DNA from: an uncultured archaeon
GTDB lineage: Archaea > Micrarchaeota > Micrarchaeia > Micrarchaeales > CABMGC01
Direction of reading: 5' to 3'
NCBI GenBank assembly: GCA_963752955.1
Contig: CAVWAD010000002.1
Span: 8,573 to 72,572, forward strand
Length of the DNA stretch: 64,000 nucleotides
Part shown: one piece after another, positions 29,767-39,398 of the stretch
How positions within the stretch are numbered: position 1 is the stretch's first letter
Layout: each line of letters opens with the position of its first letter
Position numbers and translations under genes: made by a program
Notes under the pieces: model-generated
Told to the model about the DNA's origin: nothing
Database searches by the model: none
What the model saw: only the letters and a program-made list of their open reading frames with translations

Positions 29767-29791
29767 TAGTCAGTTACAGTATAACGTTTGT

Positions 29792-32700
29792 ATGCGAAGG
29801 CGAAAAACAGCCACGAGACCCGCATTACTGTACACCGCGCTGTTCCTGATCCTAGTCGCAGTCATCTCACTGAGCTTCATCCCCGCGAAATCGGCCGCGC
29901 ACGCGGGCGCGGCGGCGCAGTCCGTCGCGTTCTCCGCGCCGATTGCCTCGGGCGCGGGGCCGGCGAACGTGATCCGCCCCGCGGTCATGCAGGAAAGCTC
30001 GGAGTGCTCGGGCAATTCCGACTGCGCCTGCACGAATCCGTGGTGCTACTCGGACTCCGTTGGCGGGCCCGAGAGCTGCCATCCCTGCCCTTTGGGTTCG
30101 CAGCTGGGCCAATCGGCCGACGGGACGGCGATCTGCGCTTATAACAGCGGGGGCTCCATGCCTTTCAGCGCCGGGGCGTCCGGCACCTGCATCAGCGGAG
30201 TGCCGACCGCGAGCAGCACGGCGGCCCAGAGCATCGCGCCCGCGGGGACCCAGTGCTCGGCCGCCAACCCGTGCCCCTGCACGGAGTCGTGGTGCGTCGG
30301 AGGGAGCTGCCAGGCGTGCCCCCAGGGCTTCTACCCGAACGGCGTCGGGGAGTGCGAATCCTTGAGCGGCGGGAGCTATCAGGGCTTCACGACGTCGTCC
30401 GGCTGCACACCCAGCACCGCCGCGTCGACGATCAGCAACACGGGCGGGAGCATCGGGAGCGGGAGCGTGGCGGCGAACTGCCACGGCACCTCTGACTGCT
30501 ACTGCAGCGAACCTTACTGCGTGCAGGGGAACTGCTACCCGTGCCCTGCGAAATACAAGTGGGACAGCGAGACGTCGCAGTGCATATCGCTCGCAGATGG
30601 CTCCATATATTCCGGAACTGCGCCCACCGGCTGCATGAGCGGCATCGTGCAGACGTCGTCGGGCGAGAGCATAGGAAGCGGGAGCGTGGCGGCGAACTGC
30701 GCGAGCCCCGCCGACTGTTTCTGCAGCGAACCGTACTGCAACAGCGGGAACTGCTATCCCTGCCCGCCGACATACTACTGGAACAGCGAGAACTCGCAGT
30801 GCATATCGATCAGCAACGGCGCGGTATACTCCGGGGCGGCGCCCACAAACTGCAAGAGCACCCTTCCCTCGACTTCGGGCAACAGCGGCGGGAGCATCGG
30901 GAGCGGGAGCGTGGCGGCGAACTGCCATGGCACCTCCGACTGCTACTGTAGCAGCCCGTACTGCGTCCAGGGCGACTGCTACCCGTGCCCGTCGACATAC
31001 TACTGGGACAGCCCGGACGCGAAATGCGTATCGCTCGCCGACGGCTCCATCTACGCCGGCGCGAGGCCCACCGACTGCATGAGCGGCGTTCCGTCGACCG
31101 CCGCCACGGCGACCCAGACCACCTCGTCGGGAGGGACCCAGTGCTCGGCCACCAACCTGTGTTCCCAGTGCACTGATTCATGGTGCGTCAGCGGGGAGTG
31201 CCAGCCGTGCCCGTCCGGCTGCTACCTGAGCGGCGCGGGAGGGGCGTGCCTGTCCTATCCGTCGACGCCGGGGGCCAGCGGGGTAAGCAAGTGCGCGCTC
31301 GCCTCGTCTCCTGCCTCCACGTGCGGCAGCACGTCGTCCGGCGGAACTTCATCCAACGGCGTGGCTGGCGGCTCGACGCTCATCGTCAGCCTGCCCGGTT
31401 CCGCGGGCGTCGTTAGCATAGGAGCGGGCTCGCAGGCCGCGCAGCCGAGCGTGAAGACGACGGACGCGACCCTCACGTCGCCGCCCGCGCCCGCTGGCCT
31501 GTCGAAGATCTCGGCCGTCACAGTCAGCGTGACCCCGAACACGTCCGCGCCGGTCAGCGTGACGCTGCCCTACCCGTGCTCCGCGTCTTCGGGAGACATA
31601 GCGCCCTACGCCGTGGTCAACGGCGCGTGGAGCAAGATAGGCTCATTCACGATAAACCCGAAGGCGTGCTCAGTATCGTTTCCGATAAGCTCCGGGTCCC
31701 AGGCTTCCGGCGGCAGCGGCACAACGTCCCAGGCTTCCGGCAGCGGCGCTTCAACAGGCAGCGGGACCGCTTCGAGCGGCGGCGCTTCCTCGAACAGCGG
31801 CGGATTTCCCTCGGTCACGCTACCGATCCAGGCTTCTAGCGCCGTCGGCGCGCGCCCCTTAGTTCCCGCCATCGACGCCGCCCCCGCGGCGCAGGGCGGC
31901 GCTTCCCCAAACGCGGGAATCTCCCTTGACAGTTCGTCCTCGTCGGAGGGCACTTCCCAGACGGTGGGCATATTCGAGACGTCTTCCGGCTCATGCACCA
32001 ACTACTGCGACGGCGTCGGCGGATCCGGCGCCTCGTGCACTAGCATCATGAGCGTGGACGCGCAGGTGGTGCAGATCAGCATATGCCACCTCTACCAGAC
32101 GGTCACGACCGCCTTCGATAACCCGGGGTCGGAGCTGGCGGCGTCGGGACAGGCGGGGCCGTTCGACACCTCCCCGGCGAACGCGGTGAACGACTACAAC
32201 GCGCAGAGCGCGCTGCCCCTCCTCACCTGCCCGAACGCGCCCGAGAAGAACCCAACTGACGCAAGCTACTTCTACTCGGGAGCGGTCCCAAACGTGGCGG
32301 GCGACGCGTGCACGCCGGTGCCCTCGAGTCTGAAGACCGGCATAGACCTCCAGACCGATTTTTCGACCATGCAGATGGTCGCATACTCCTACAGCACCTC
32401 GCCGCTGCCCATACAGGTCAATGGCCACCTGGTGGAACAGCCCACCACGTTCTACGACTACGTGAGCATCGAGGACGCGAAGGTGAACCCCGACATGGTA
32501 GTGTCGAACGTCGGAAGCCTGCAGCTCGAGGACATCGCGTACTCGCCGATGATCCTGGATGGGTCGGGCGGCACGATATCTAGCGCCTTCGCGACCAACA
32601 GCTACGTCTTCGACGGCGTCCCGGCCTCGGCGCAGCACGCCATATGGACCTGGACCGCCCAGTTCGCGGACCTGTCCAACGCCGCGCCCGACCAGCAGAC

Positions 32701-35700
32701 AGTGGTGCTCACCGACCTCCGGGCGAGCTACTCATGGTCGCCGCAGGCGATACACCCCAGCAGCAGCTGCAGCTCCGTCCTGTACTCCTGCGTCTACAGC
32801 TACACCCTCACCGCGGTGACGTCGCTGAGCGGCATCGCCAACACCTACGTGCCCTTCAACGTGGTGACCCCGGACGGGCCGAAGCCGGTGAGCTCCAACG
32901 TACTTCCCTACTTCACGTTCGGCGCCTCGATGCCGACGCCGGACGGGCAGCCGATGTCGCAGTCCTACGACGTCTTCAGCCCGCTGAACTACTACACGCC
33001 GGGGAACTCCATCGAGATGTTCCCCATCAACACGCCGGGCGCGTTCTTCGTGCAGCGCGCCGTGAGCCCGCCCTTCACCAGCTACCTGCTCTCGATGCCC
33101 GAGGGCACGGTGAACAACGCCCTTGCCTTCGGCAGCGCGCTGGACGCCGCGTACGGCAGCGATCCGAAGTTGCCGCCGAGTCTCGTCAGCCTGAGTGCGG
33201 CGAATCCCGGCGCTGGCGCGGCGAATCCGTTCCCGGCCAACCCGATCTCGGTCACCGGCACGCCCGAGGGCTATGTCTTCGTACTAAATTCGAGCTGCAC
33301 GGGGCCGTATCCCTGCACGCCCACTTACTACCTCAGCATCCTCAGGCCGGTGGACAAGGGCTACTACAGCATCCCCGGCTACCAGCCGAACGGCGTGCCC
33401 CAGGCCGCCGCGGGGACCGACGCGGCGGCGAACGCCCTGTGGGCCGGCAACTGGAAGAGCTACTGGGAGAACGTCATGGCGCTGCAGAGCAACTCGATCT
33501 ACGTGGTTAACACGCTCACCCTCAGCACCCCCGGGACCCTCAAGGTGCCCGAGGGGACGGGCCTGCTCTCCGGCTACACCAAGCAGCTCCAGAGCCAGGA
33601 GTTCGGGCTCGGATGGGGGTTCGTGCCGCTCAACATAAGCGCCGACTCGAGCGGGGACGTCTTCATAACCGGCTCCGAGGGCGCGCTGCTGGGCCTGGGC
33701 GGCGGCTTCCCGGCGATAGTGGAGGTAAGCAACACGCTCAACCCCACGCAGACGCAGGTCACAGCGACGCCGCTCGACTGGTCGAGCAGCGTCGGGATCA
33801 ACGCCCTGCCCGAGATAGCGGCCACCTCCACAGGCGGGCTGATCTTCGCGACGGGCCCGAAGGAGGGCAAGATCTACGCGTTCGCGCCGTCAGGCGACGG
33901 GATCTCCAACGCCTACGACATCGACCTCGCTTACTCCGCCAGCACATCCGTGAGCGGATCCGGGACCGTGATGCTTAACGTGAGCTACTACCTGTACCAC
34001 GGCGGGCCCTACGGCGTCCCTATGAACGGCGCTGTGGTGAACGGGGTCCAGACGCCCAACGCCATCGACGGGAACAACAACCTCGACGCTGGCAGGGACT
34101 TCGACACCGACCTGCAGCACCACCCGCTCGGGATCCAGGAATCCGGGGGCTTCCTCTACGTTCTGGACGACTGGAGGGGCTACGCGGGCTCCAGGGAGTC
34201 CTGCCCGCTGCTGGGCTCCTGCACGTTCACGGGCGGGATGGCCTTCGACATGCTCTCTGTGAGGGTGCTCAACTCCACGGGTTCGAACCTGCCCGTGGAC
34301 CCTACGCGCTTCAACGACATGTGGCAGTCGCAGTCGTGCGACAACCCGATGTTCCTGGGCCACACTTCCGGCGGCCTGTCGGCCGGCGACATCACACCGA
34401 GCGCCCCCACGATAAGCAGCGGGCAGTCCGTCACCCTCACCGCCAACCCCTCTGGAGGGACGCCTCCGTACACCTACGGCTGGTACGTGGACCCCGGCTG
34501 CACGTCGCAGATAGCCAGAGCGGCATCCAGTACCTACACCACGTCCCCGACGGGCACGGACACCTTCTATTACAAGGTCAAAGACAGCGCCGCGACTCCC
34601 GCGACGGTGTGCTCCGCGGGAGACACCGTGACCGTGAGCAACGGCGGCGGAGGAAGCGGCATCGGAGCAGCGACCTGCGGCGGACCGATACTCCCGCCCT
34701 GCCCGGCTTCGGGCAGCGCCTCCCAGAGCGGCGGCACCGCTTCGGGTACCGCACCAGCCTCGCAGACTCCGAGCGCCGGCTCGCAGCCCGTGCAGGCCGA
34801 CGTGAACACGTGCTACGACACGACCAAGCCGCCGGCAACTTCCATACCCACGTGCTCGCCGAAGGAGTGCAGCCTCGCCATGGCGGGCTGCGACCTCCCG
34901 GGCGGGGTCGTCGGGACCAAGTTCTCGTGCGAGGACAAGAGCACGGGTAGCGGAGCCTACTCCACGCTCGCCACGAGCCAGTACGCCAGCGGCACCTACC
35001 CCCCCTATGGCTGGGTCCTCTCAGCGGACGTCGTCCCGTGGGGCGGCGAGGGACCCGCCGACAATGCCAAGGAGGTGACCTTCTGCTCCTCGTCGGGATG
35101 CTCGTTCAACCCGGGCAAGATGCCGGGCCCGGACATGTACTCCGGCGGCTACACGCCAGTCGGGCCCGAGCTCTCTGTCGCGAACGCGGAGATAGACTCG
35201 CCCGCCTTCTCGGTGAACTTCAACGGCACGCTTGACCTGCTGCTGAACACGCCGAAGCCGGGCATAGTATCGAGCCTGTGCAGCTTCTTCCTCGGCGCGC
35301 TCTGCGGAAAGCCGCCCAACCCGACGGCCTATTCAGAACTGCTCACCGCGGACCTCAACATACTGAACTACACGAAGATCCTCCAGGGCGAGCCGGCGTA
35401 CACCTGCTACACGACGGACACCAACGACCAGAACTACCGCGCCGGAGGGTGCAACTACCTGCCGGAACTGGGCGACAGCGCGTACACCGGCCCGATATAC
35501 ACTTTCCCGAACCCGCTCGAGTACCTAGAGAGGGTGGGCGGCGCGCAGACGCTGAGCTTCGCAGGCCAGGTGTCCTCGTCATACCCGTCGGGCACCAGCC
35601 ACGAGGGCTGCCAGAGCCTGATAACCGGGGGTCAGGGATGCACGTCCAACGCGCTGTACAACCCCGGCCCGCCCGCGCTGACGATCCAGCAGGATCCCGT

Positions 35701-38122
35701 CGGGTGGGGGCAGCCCGACGTCATAACCGGCAAGGCGGAGGCGGCGACCGACGAGGTCGTCATCTACTTCAACAACGAGGTGGCGATGACCGGAACCGGC
35801 ACCGCGTCGTTCACCGTATCCGGCAATCCTGCGATATGCACCAACCCCGGCAGCGTCACCGAACAGTACACCCTGCCCATCGAGAACTGCCCGCCGCCCC
35901 GCGCGGAACCGTACTCCGTGAACGTTGTCGACCTAACGACCGGCCAGTACAACGCCAACGCGCTGACCGTATATCCCGCGCCGCTCCTTGCGCTGCAGAG
36001 CTCCACGGTAGACGTCGAGCAGTCGGGCGCCGGGAACTCGTGCACCAGCGACCTCATAACCGCGAACGCGCTGGACAACGTGGGCACCGTCGTCATATCC
36101 ATAGCGGAACCCGGGGGCGGCGAGGTCGCGAGCGCCTCTGGCACGGGCTCCGCCTACTACATAATACCGGGCAGCGCCGGGCTCTGCGACGGCCTCACCG
36201 CGGGCACGTACACCGTCACCGCGAGCGTGGCCGGCCAGAGCCCCGTCAGCCAGAGCCTCTACGTCAGCACGACCACGACCCAGCAGGCCCTGCCGGCCGG
36301 GTCGGTGGCGACGCAGGCGCTGTCGACCAGCGTGGGCGGCTATGTTGTGGTGCCCTATAAGTACACCTACTCACTGCAGCAGGACTGGGGCGGCGCCGCC
36401 GAGGTCGTCAGCCTGTCCAGCACCACGCAATGTGACTGCAAGACGGGCTGCAGGACGCCTACTGTGGGAGCCGACTGCCCCTACAACGTGGTCCCCGACC
36501 GGCAGTTCTCGCAGCAGACGGTCTACAGCTACGCGCTCACGAGCGGCACTTCGGATACGCTGACCGCGACGGTCGAGAGCGGCGACACCTACCTGAAGAG
36601 CCTCAGCTCCGGCACGCTCTACGTCCCGAACATGTCCGACGCGGGCGTAGTGGTGCCTCCGCAGGTGCTCTACGTCCTTATGAACAACAGGCTCTTCGGC
36701 ACGCTCTACGTCAACGACACTGGCTGCAAGCATAACGGCGCCTCGGTCTGGGACTGCTCCGGGAACCCGCAGTACGTGCTCAACGCGACCAGGCAGGACA
36801 AGTACGCCATGAACTCATACTCGCAAGACGGCGGCGGCGCCGGTGGCTCCGGAAGCTACGAGACCCTGCAGGTCCTGCCCGAGGAGGAGCCCGAGTACGG
36901 CGCGAACCTCATAGCCCCGTCCCAGCTCCAGCAGGCGGTGACCACCCAGAACGCGATCGGCTTCGCGTACGAGCTGACGGGCGGGATGGACTTCGTCTCG
37001 ATCTTCGACCTCTACAGGCAGGTCGCCTACTCCAACCCGCTCTACATGTACCTCAACAGCACGCCGTTCTTCGAGAACGGGCTGCCGGTCAACGCGATGG
37101 GCTACCACAGGCTGACGTACGTCATGGAGGACAGGTTCGGCAACAGGATCATGGCGCCGATGGACGTCGACGTGGCCAACCCAGTGACGATAGCCCTCAA
37201 CGTCAGCACCGCGGTGGACCAGAACAACGCCAACCAGACCGCCCTCACGATAAACGGGGTCGCCGGGTCGTACTCGGACTTCGGCACGGTCTTCACCCCG
37301 CTGCCGGCGGGCCAGCCGGTATACCTCTACTACAACAGCAACCTCAACTACGTCGAGTACAACCCCATGCGCAACCCGCTCGACGCCGTCATCTGCGCCT
37401 ACAACCTCAACGACCCGACGAAGCAGCCGTGCCACCAGTCCGACCCGACTTACACCGGAAGGCAGGCGAACGCCGGCCAGATGACTTTCGCGACGTCGTA
37501 CAACTCCGCAAGCCCGGACGAGTGCAACCCCCCGCCGAACAGCCTGCTGGCCAAGAGCTGGACACCGTGCAACGTCTACGGGAACCTCGACCTCCCCTCG
37601 GCGTGCACCGGCGCGGGGCCGCAGCAGTTCTGCATGCCCGTGTACGCCAACGGCACGGGCGAGTGCACGTCGCAGCTCGGGCTCTTCGCGATCGCCCAGA
37701 CCGACGCCAGCGGCGCGTTCAGCGCAAACATAATAGCGTGCGGGAGCAGGCAGGACGAGATAACCGCGCAGTACTACGGATGGTCACCTACGCCGGAGCC
37801 GATCTCCGTGACGCAGGTGCCGCTCGCGCTCTCCGAGAGCAGGGTCAACACGCCGGGCTCAGCGGGGAGCGCGGCGATAACGTCCAACGAGCTCAACTAC
37901 TACTCGGCTCCGGCGCAGGCCACGACGACTTTCACGATAGGCCTCTTCGAGCTCAACTACGGCGACCTTGGGGTAGCCGCGTTCGGAATCGGCATAGTGG
38001 CGGTGCTGGCGATCCTGGTCGCGAAGAAGGCGGCGGAGGATAGGAGGGCGAAGAGGCGGCGCGTCGGGGTCCGCGGCCGGACGGCAGCAGGAAGGATGCG
38101 GAGGCGGACGCCTCCGATGTAG
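29792..38122 (+). CDS. giant (2776 aa) secreted, C-terminally membrane-anchored cell-surface protein with Cys-rich modules
   Basis: The signal peptide reads MRRRKTATRPALLYTALFLILVAVISLSF..AKSAA. It is followed by six tandem 8-Cys modules, S/T/G-rich linkers, an Ig/PKD-like segment (SGGTPPYTYGWY) and many N-x-S/T sequons. The C-terminus has a TM helix (VAAFGIGIVAVLAILVA) and a basic tail. The track ORF start at 29654 lies inside the IS and is an artefact. Confidence 0.85.
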   Translation: MRRRKTATRPALLYTALFLILVAVISLSFIPAKSAAHAGAAAQSVAFSAPIASGAGPANVIRPAVMQESSECSGNSDCACTNPWCYSDSVGGPESCHPCPLGSQLGQSADGTAICAYNSGGSMPFSAGASGTCISGVPTASSTAAQSIAPAGTQCSAANPCPCTESWCVGGSCQACPQGFYPNGVGECESLSGGSYQGFTTSSGCTPSTAASTISNTGGSIGSGSVAANCHGTSDCYCSEPYCVQGNCYPCPAKYKWDSETSQCISLADGSIYSGTAPTGCMSGIVQTSSGESIGSGSVAANCASPADCFCSEPYCNSGNCYPCPPTYYWNSENSQCISISNGAVYSGAAPTNCKSTLPSTSGNSGGSIGSGSVAANCHGTSDCYCSSPYCVQGDCYPCPSTYYWDSPDAKCVSLADGSIYAGARPTDCMSGVPSTAATATQTTSSGGTQCSATNLCSQCTDSWCVSGECQPCPSGCYLSGAGGACLSYPSTPGASGVSKCALASSPASTCGSTSSGGTSSNGVAGGSTLIVSLPGSAGVVSIGAGSQAAQPSVKTTDATLTSPPAPAGLSKISAVTVSVTPNTSAPVSVTLPYPCSASSGDIAPYAVVNGAWSKIGSFTINPKACSVSFPISSGSQASGGSGTTSQASGSGASTGSGTASSGGASSNSGGFPSVTLPIQASSAVGARPLVPAIDAAPAAQGGASPNAGISLDSSSSSEGTSQTVGIFETSSGSCTNYCDGVGGSGASCTSIMSVDAQVVQISICHLYQTVTTAFDNPGSELAASGQAGPFDTSPANAVNDYNAQSALPLLTCPNAPEKNPTDASYFYSGAVPNVAGDACTPVPSSLKTGIDLQTDFSTMQMVAYSYSTSPLPIQVNGHLVEQPTTFYDYVSIEDAKVNPDMVVSNVGSLQLEDIAYSPMILDGSGGTISSAFATNSYVFDGVPASAQHAIWTWTAQFADLSNAAPDQQTVVLTDLRASYSWSPQAIHPSSSCSSVLYSCVYSYTLTAVTSLSGIANTYVPFNVVTPDGPKPVSSNVLPYFTFGASMPTPDGQPMSQSYDVFSPLNYYTPGNSIEMFPINTPGAFFVQRAVSPPFTSYLLSMPEGTVNNALAFGSALDAAYGSDPKLPPSLVSLSAANPGAGAANPFPANPISVTGTPEGYVFVLNSSCTGPYPCTPTYYLSILRPVDKGYYSIPGYQPNGVPQAAAGTDAAANALWAGNWKSYWENVMALQSNSIYVVNTLTLSTPGTLKVPEGTGLLSGYTKQLQSQEFGLGWGFVPLNISADSSGDVFITGSEGALLGLGGGFPAIVEVSNTLNPTQTQVTATPLDWSSSVGINALPEIAATSTGGLIFATGPKEGKIYAFAPSGDGISNAYDIDLAYSASTSVSGSGTVMLNVSYYLYHGGPYGVPMNGAVVNGVQTPNAIDGNNNLDAGRDFDTDLQHHPLGIQESGGFLYVLDDWRGYAGSRESCPLLGSCTFTGGMAFDMLSVRVLNSTGSNLPVDPTRFNDMWQSQSCDNPMFLGHTSGGLSAGDITPSAPTISSGQSVTLTANPSGGTPPYTYGWYVDPGCTSQIARAASSTYTTSPTGTDTFYYKVKDSAATPATVCSAGDTVTVSNGGGGSGIGAATCGGPILPPCPASGSASQSGGTASGTAPASQTPSAGSQPVQADVNTCYDTTKPPATSIPTCSPKECSLAMAGCDLPGGVVGTKFSCEDKSTGSGAYSTLATSQYASGTYPPYGWVLSADVVPWGGEGPADNAKEVTFCSSSGCSFNPGKMPGPDMYSGGYTPVGPELSVANAEIDSPAFSVNFNGTLDLLLNTPKPGIVSSLCSFFLGALCGKPPNPTAYSELLTADLNILNYTKILQGEPAYTCYTTDTNDQNYRAGGCNYLPELGDSAYTGPIYTFPNPLEYLERVGGAQTLSFAGQVSSSYPSGTSHEGCQSLITGGQGCTSNALYNPGPPALTIQQDPVGWGQPDVITGKAEAATDEVVIYFNNEVAMTGTGTASFTVSGNPAICTNPGSVTEQYTLPIENCPPPRAEPYSVNVVDLTTGQYNANALTVYPAPLLALQSSTVDVEQSGAGNSCTSDLITANALDNVGTVVISIAEPGGGEVASASGTGSAYYIIPGSAGLCDGLTAGTYTVTASVAGQSPVSQSLYVSTTTTQQALPAGSVATQALSTSVGGYVVVPYKYTYSLQQDWGGAAEVVSLSSTTQCDCKTGCRTPTVGADCPYNVVPDRQFSQQTVYSYALTSGTSDTLTATVESGDTYLKSLSSGTLYVPNMSDAGVVVPPQVLYVLMNNRLFGTLYVNDTGCKHNGASVWDCSGNPQYVLNATRQDKYAMNSYSQDGGGAGGSGSYETLQVLPEEEPEYGANLIAPSQLQQAVTTQNAIGFAYELTGGMDFVSIFDLYRQVAYSNPLYMYLNSTPFFENGLPVNAMGYHRLTYVMEDRFGNRIMAPMDVDVANPVTIALNVSTAVDQNNANQTALTINGVAGSYSDFGTVFTPLPAGQPVYLYYNSNLNYVEYNPMRNPLDAVICAYNLNDPTKQPCHQSDPTYTGRQANAGQMTFATSYNSASPDECNPPPNSLLAKSWTPCNVYGNLDLPSACTGAGPQQFCMPVYANGTGECTSQLGLFAIAQTDASGAFSANIIACGSRQDEITAQYYGWSPTPEPISVTQVPLALSESRVNTPGSAGSAAITSNELNYYSAPAQATTTFTIGLFELNYGDLGVAAFGIGIVAVLAILVAKKAAEDRRAKRRRVGVRGRTAAGRMRRRTPPM
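30005..31330 (+). repeat. six tandem ~75-aa Cys-rich coding modules
   Basis: The module consensus is C-x5-6-C-x-C-x3-(W/Y)C-x3-4-C-x2-CP...C...C. The DNA stretches starting at 30443 and 30887 are identical for 41 nt and have 3 mismatches over about 67 nt. Confidence 0.85.
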
Positions 38123-38163
38123 CCCCTCGGTGCCCGCGGGTTTCACGCCCGTCATACCATGGG

Positions 38164-39394
38164 GGCTTCATCCCATAATTCATGCCGACGCTAATCCTGA
38201 CCTTTTCGGGCGGTAAGATTTTGTTCCTTTCCGTCGATGCCACATTATGGGAAAGCCCAAAAGGAGGGCAAACCCGAAGGTGGTAACGAGAGTCGATAGA
38301 AACATAGCGGTATTGACCGCAAAGACCGCGAAGAGATTCGCCAATAGGCTTCCTCCCCCTTGGGAGAAGAAGACGAGGGGAAGTCCCCCGATACACGACA
38401 GCAGAACAGTATTCGTGCTGTGCCTCCTAATGGTCTCCCTGAACCTGACTTATGATGGCATGGAGGTGGAAAAACGGAAGGGATACCTTCAACAGGTGTT
38501 GAAGGCCCCGAACCTCCCGAGTCGTAGCGCATTACATCGAGGAATGCAACGACTTGATCAAAAATACATCAGGAAGTTCAATAAACTTCTCGTTAGGAAG
38601 TTTGTCAACAAGGGAATGACCGTTGCGGTGGATTCGACAGGGATACGACTGATGGTCAGCAGTTCGTGGTACGACATCCGAATTGGGAGGGTCAACAAAA
38701 GGAGGGACAACGCGAAATTGCACATATCTGTGGCCCTGCGAAGAAACATTATCGTAGGATACAAGATAACGTCGTGGAAACGAAACGATTCGCCGCAACT
38801 GGGGTTCCTATTGCGCGACATCGACGAACTTCTCCAGGTGCTGGGAGATGCAGGATACCTCGGCCGAGACAACTGCAACGTAGTTGCCAGCAAGAACGGG
38901 AGGCCGTTCTTCGCCCTTAAGGATGGAGTAAAAAGCAGGGCGAAAGGTTCGCAGGCATGGAAGGAGATGGTCGTATTCGCGAGGAAAAAGAAGGAGCTGT
39001 ACGACGCGATTTATCATGCGCGTTCGGTGATAGAAAGCATCTTCTCCGCGGTAAAGAGACGGTATGGAAGTTGCGTAAGGGCTGTGAATCGGAAGACGCG
39101 AAACATGGCGATCGCGCTGAGGGTGATCGCCTTCAACATAAAACAGCGCCTCTACGACGCAACGGCAAGGCGACTAGGGTTGCCATTCTGGGTAAAGTGC
39201 GACCGGTAAAAAGGACCTGAAGGTCATCAACAGTTAGCGGAAGCGAAGTCACATGAGTTCTAGGCCGATGTTTTCCGTCGAAATCTACGCCTTTTTCAGA
39301 AAATCGATGCCACATACGGCCCAGAACATGCAGACAATTCTTTCTCATCGACGGACAACCGCCTTCGCGGCGTCATTCTTTATGGGATGAAGCC
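38164..39394 (+). mobile_element. IS5-family-like insertion sequence (1231 bp)
   Basis: Perfect 15-bp inverted repeats GGCTTCATCCCATAA (38164-38178) and TTATGGGATGAAGCC (39380-39394) bound the element. A 9-bp target duplication TACCATGGG lies at 38155-38163 and 39395-39403. Confidence 0.9.
38247..39209 (+). CDS. DDE transposase, IS4/IS5 superfamily
   Basis: The 320-aa protein has VAVDSTGIRL, LGDAGYLGRD and a YHARSVIESIFSAVKRRYG (Y-x2-R-x3-E) region. Confidence 0.85.
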   Translation: MGKPKRRANPKVVTRVDRNIAVLTAKTAKRFANRLPPPWEKKTRGSPPIHDSRTVFVLCLLMVSLNLTYDGMEVEKRKGYLQQVLKAPNLPSRSALHRGMQRLDQKYIRKFNKLLVRKFVNKGMTVAVDSTGIRLMVSSSWYDIRIGRVNKRRDNAKLHISVALRRNIIVGYKITSWKRNDSPQLGFLLRDIDELLQVLGDAGYLGRDNCNVVASKNGRPFFALKDGVKSRAKGSQAWKEMVVFARKKKELYDAIYHARSVIESIFSAVKRRYGSCVRAVNRKTRNMAIALRVIAFNIKQRLYDATARRLGLPFWVKCDR

Positions 39395-39398
39395 TACC

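Noticed and set aside
29654-29791. N-terminal 46 codons of the track's 2822-aa ORF
   Set aside because: This stretch lies inside and immediately after the IS1634 copy. The identical peptide MVRKTSICAG.. is also read out of the other copy at 17239. The ATG at 29792, with a signal peptide and an upstream TATA-like box, is the credible start.
29867-38396. Many 60-360-aa ORFs in other frames and on the other strand within the giant gene
   Set aside because: They are Arg/Pro/Gly-rich artefacts of a long GC-rich gene. None has motifs or independent start signals.
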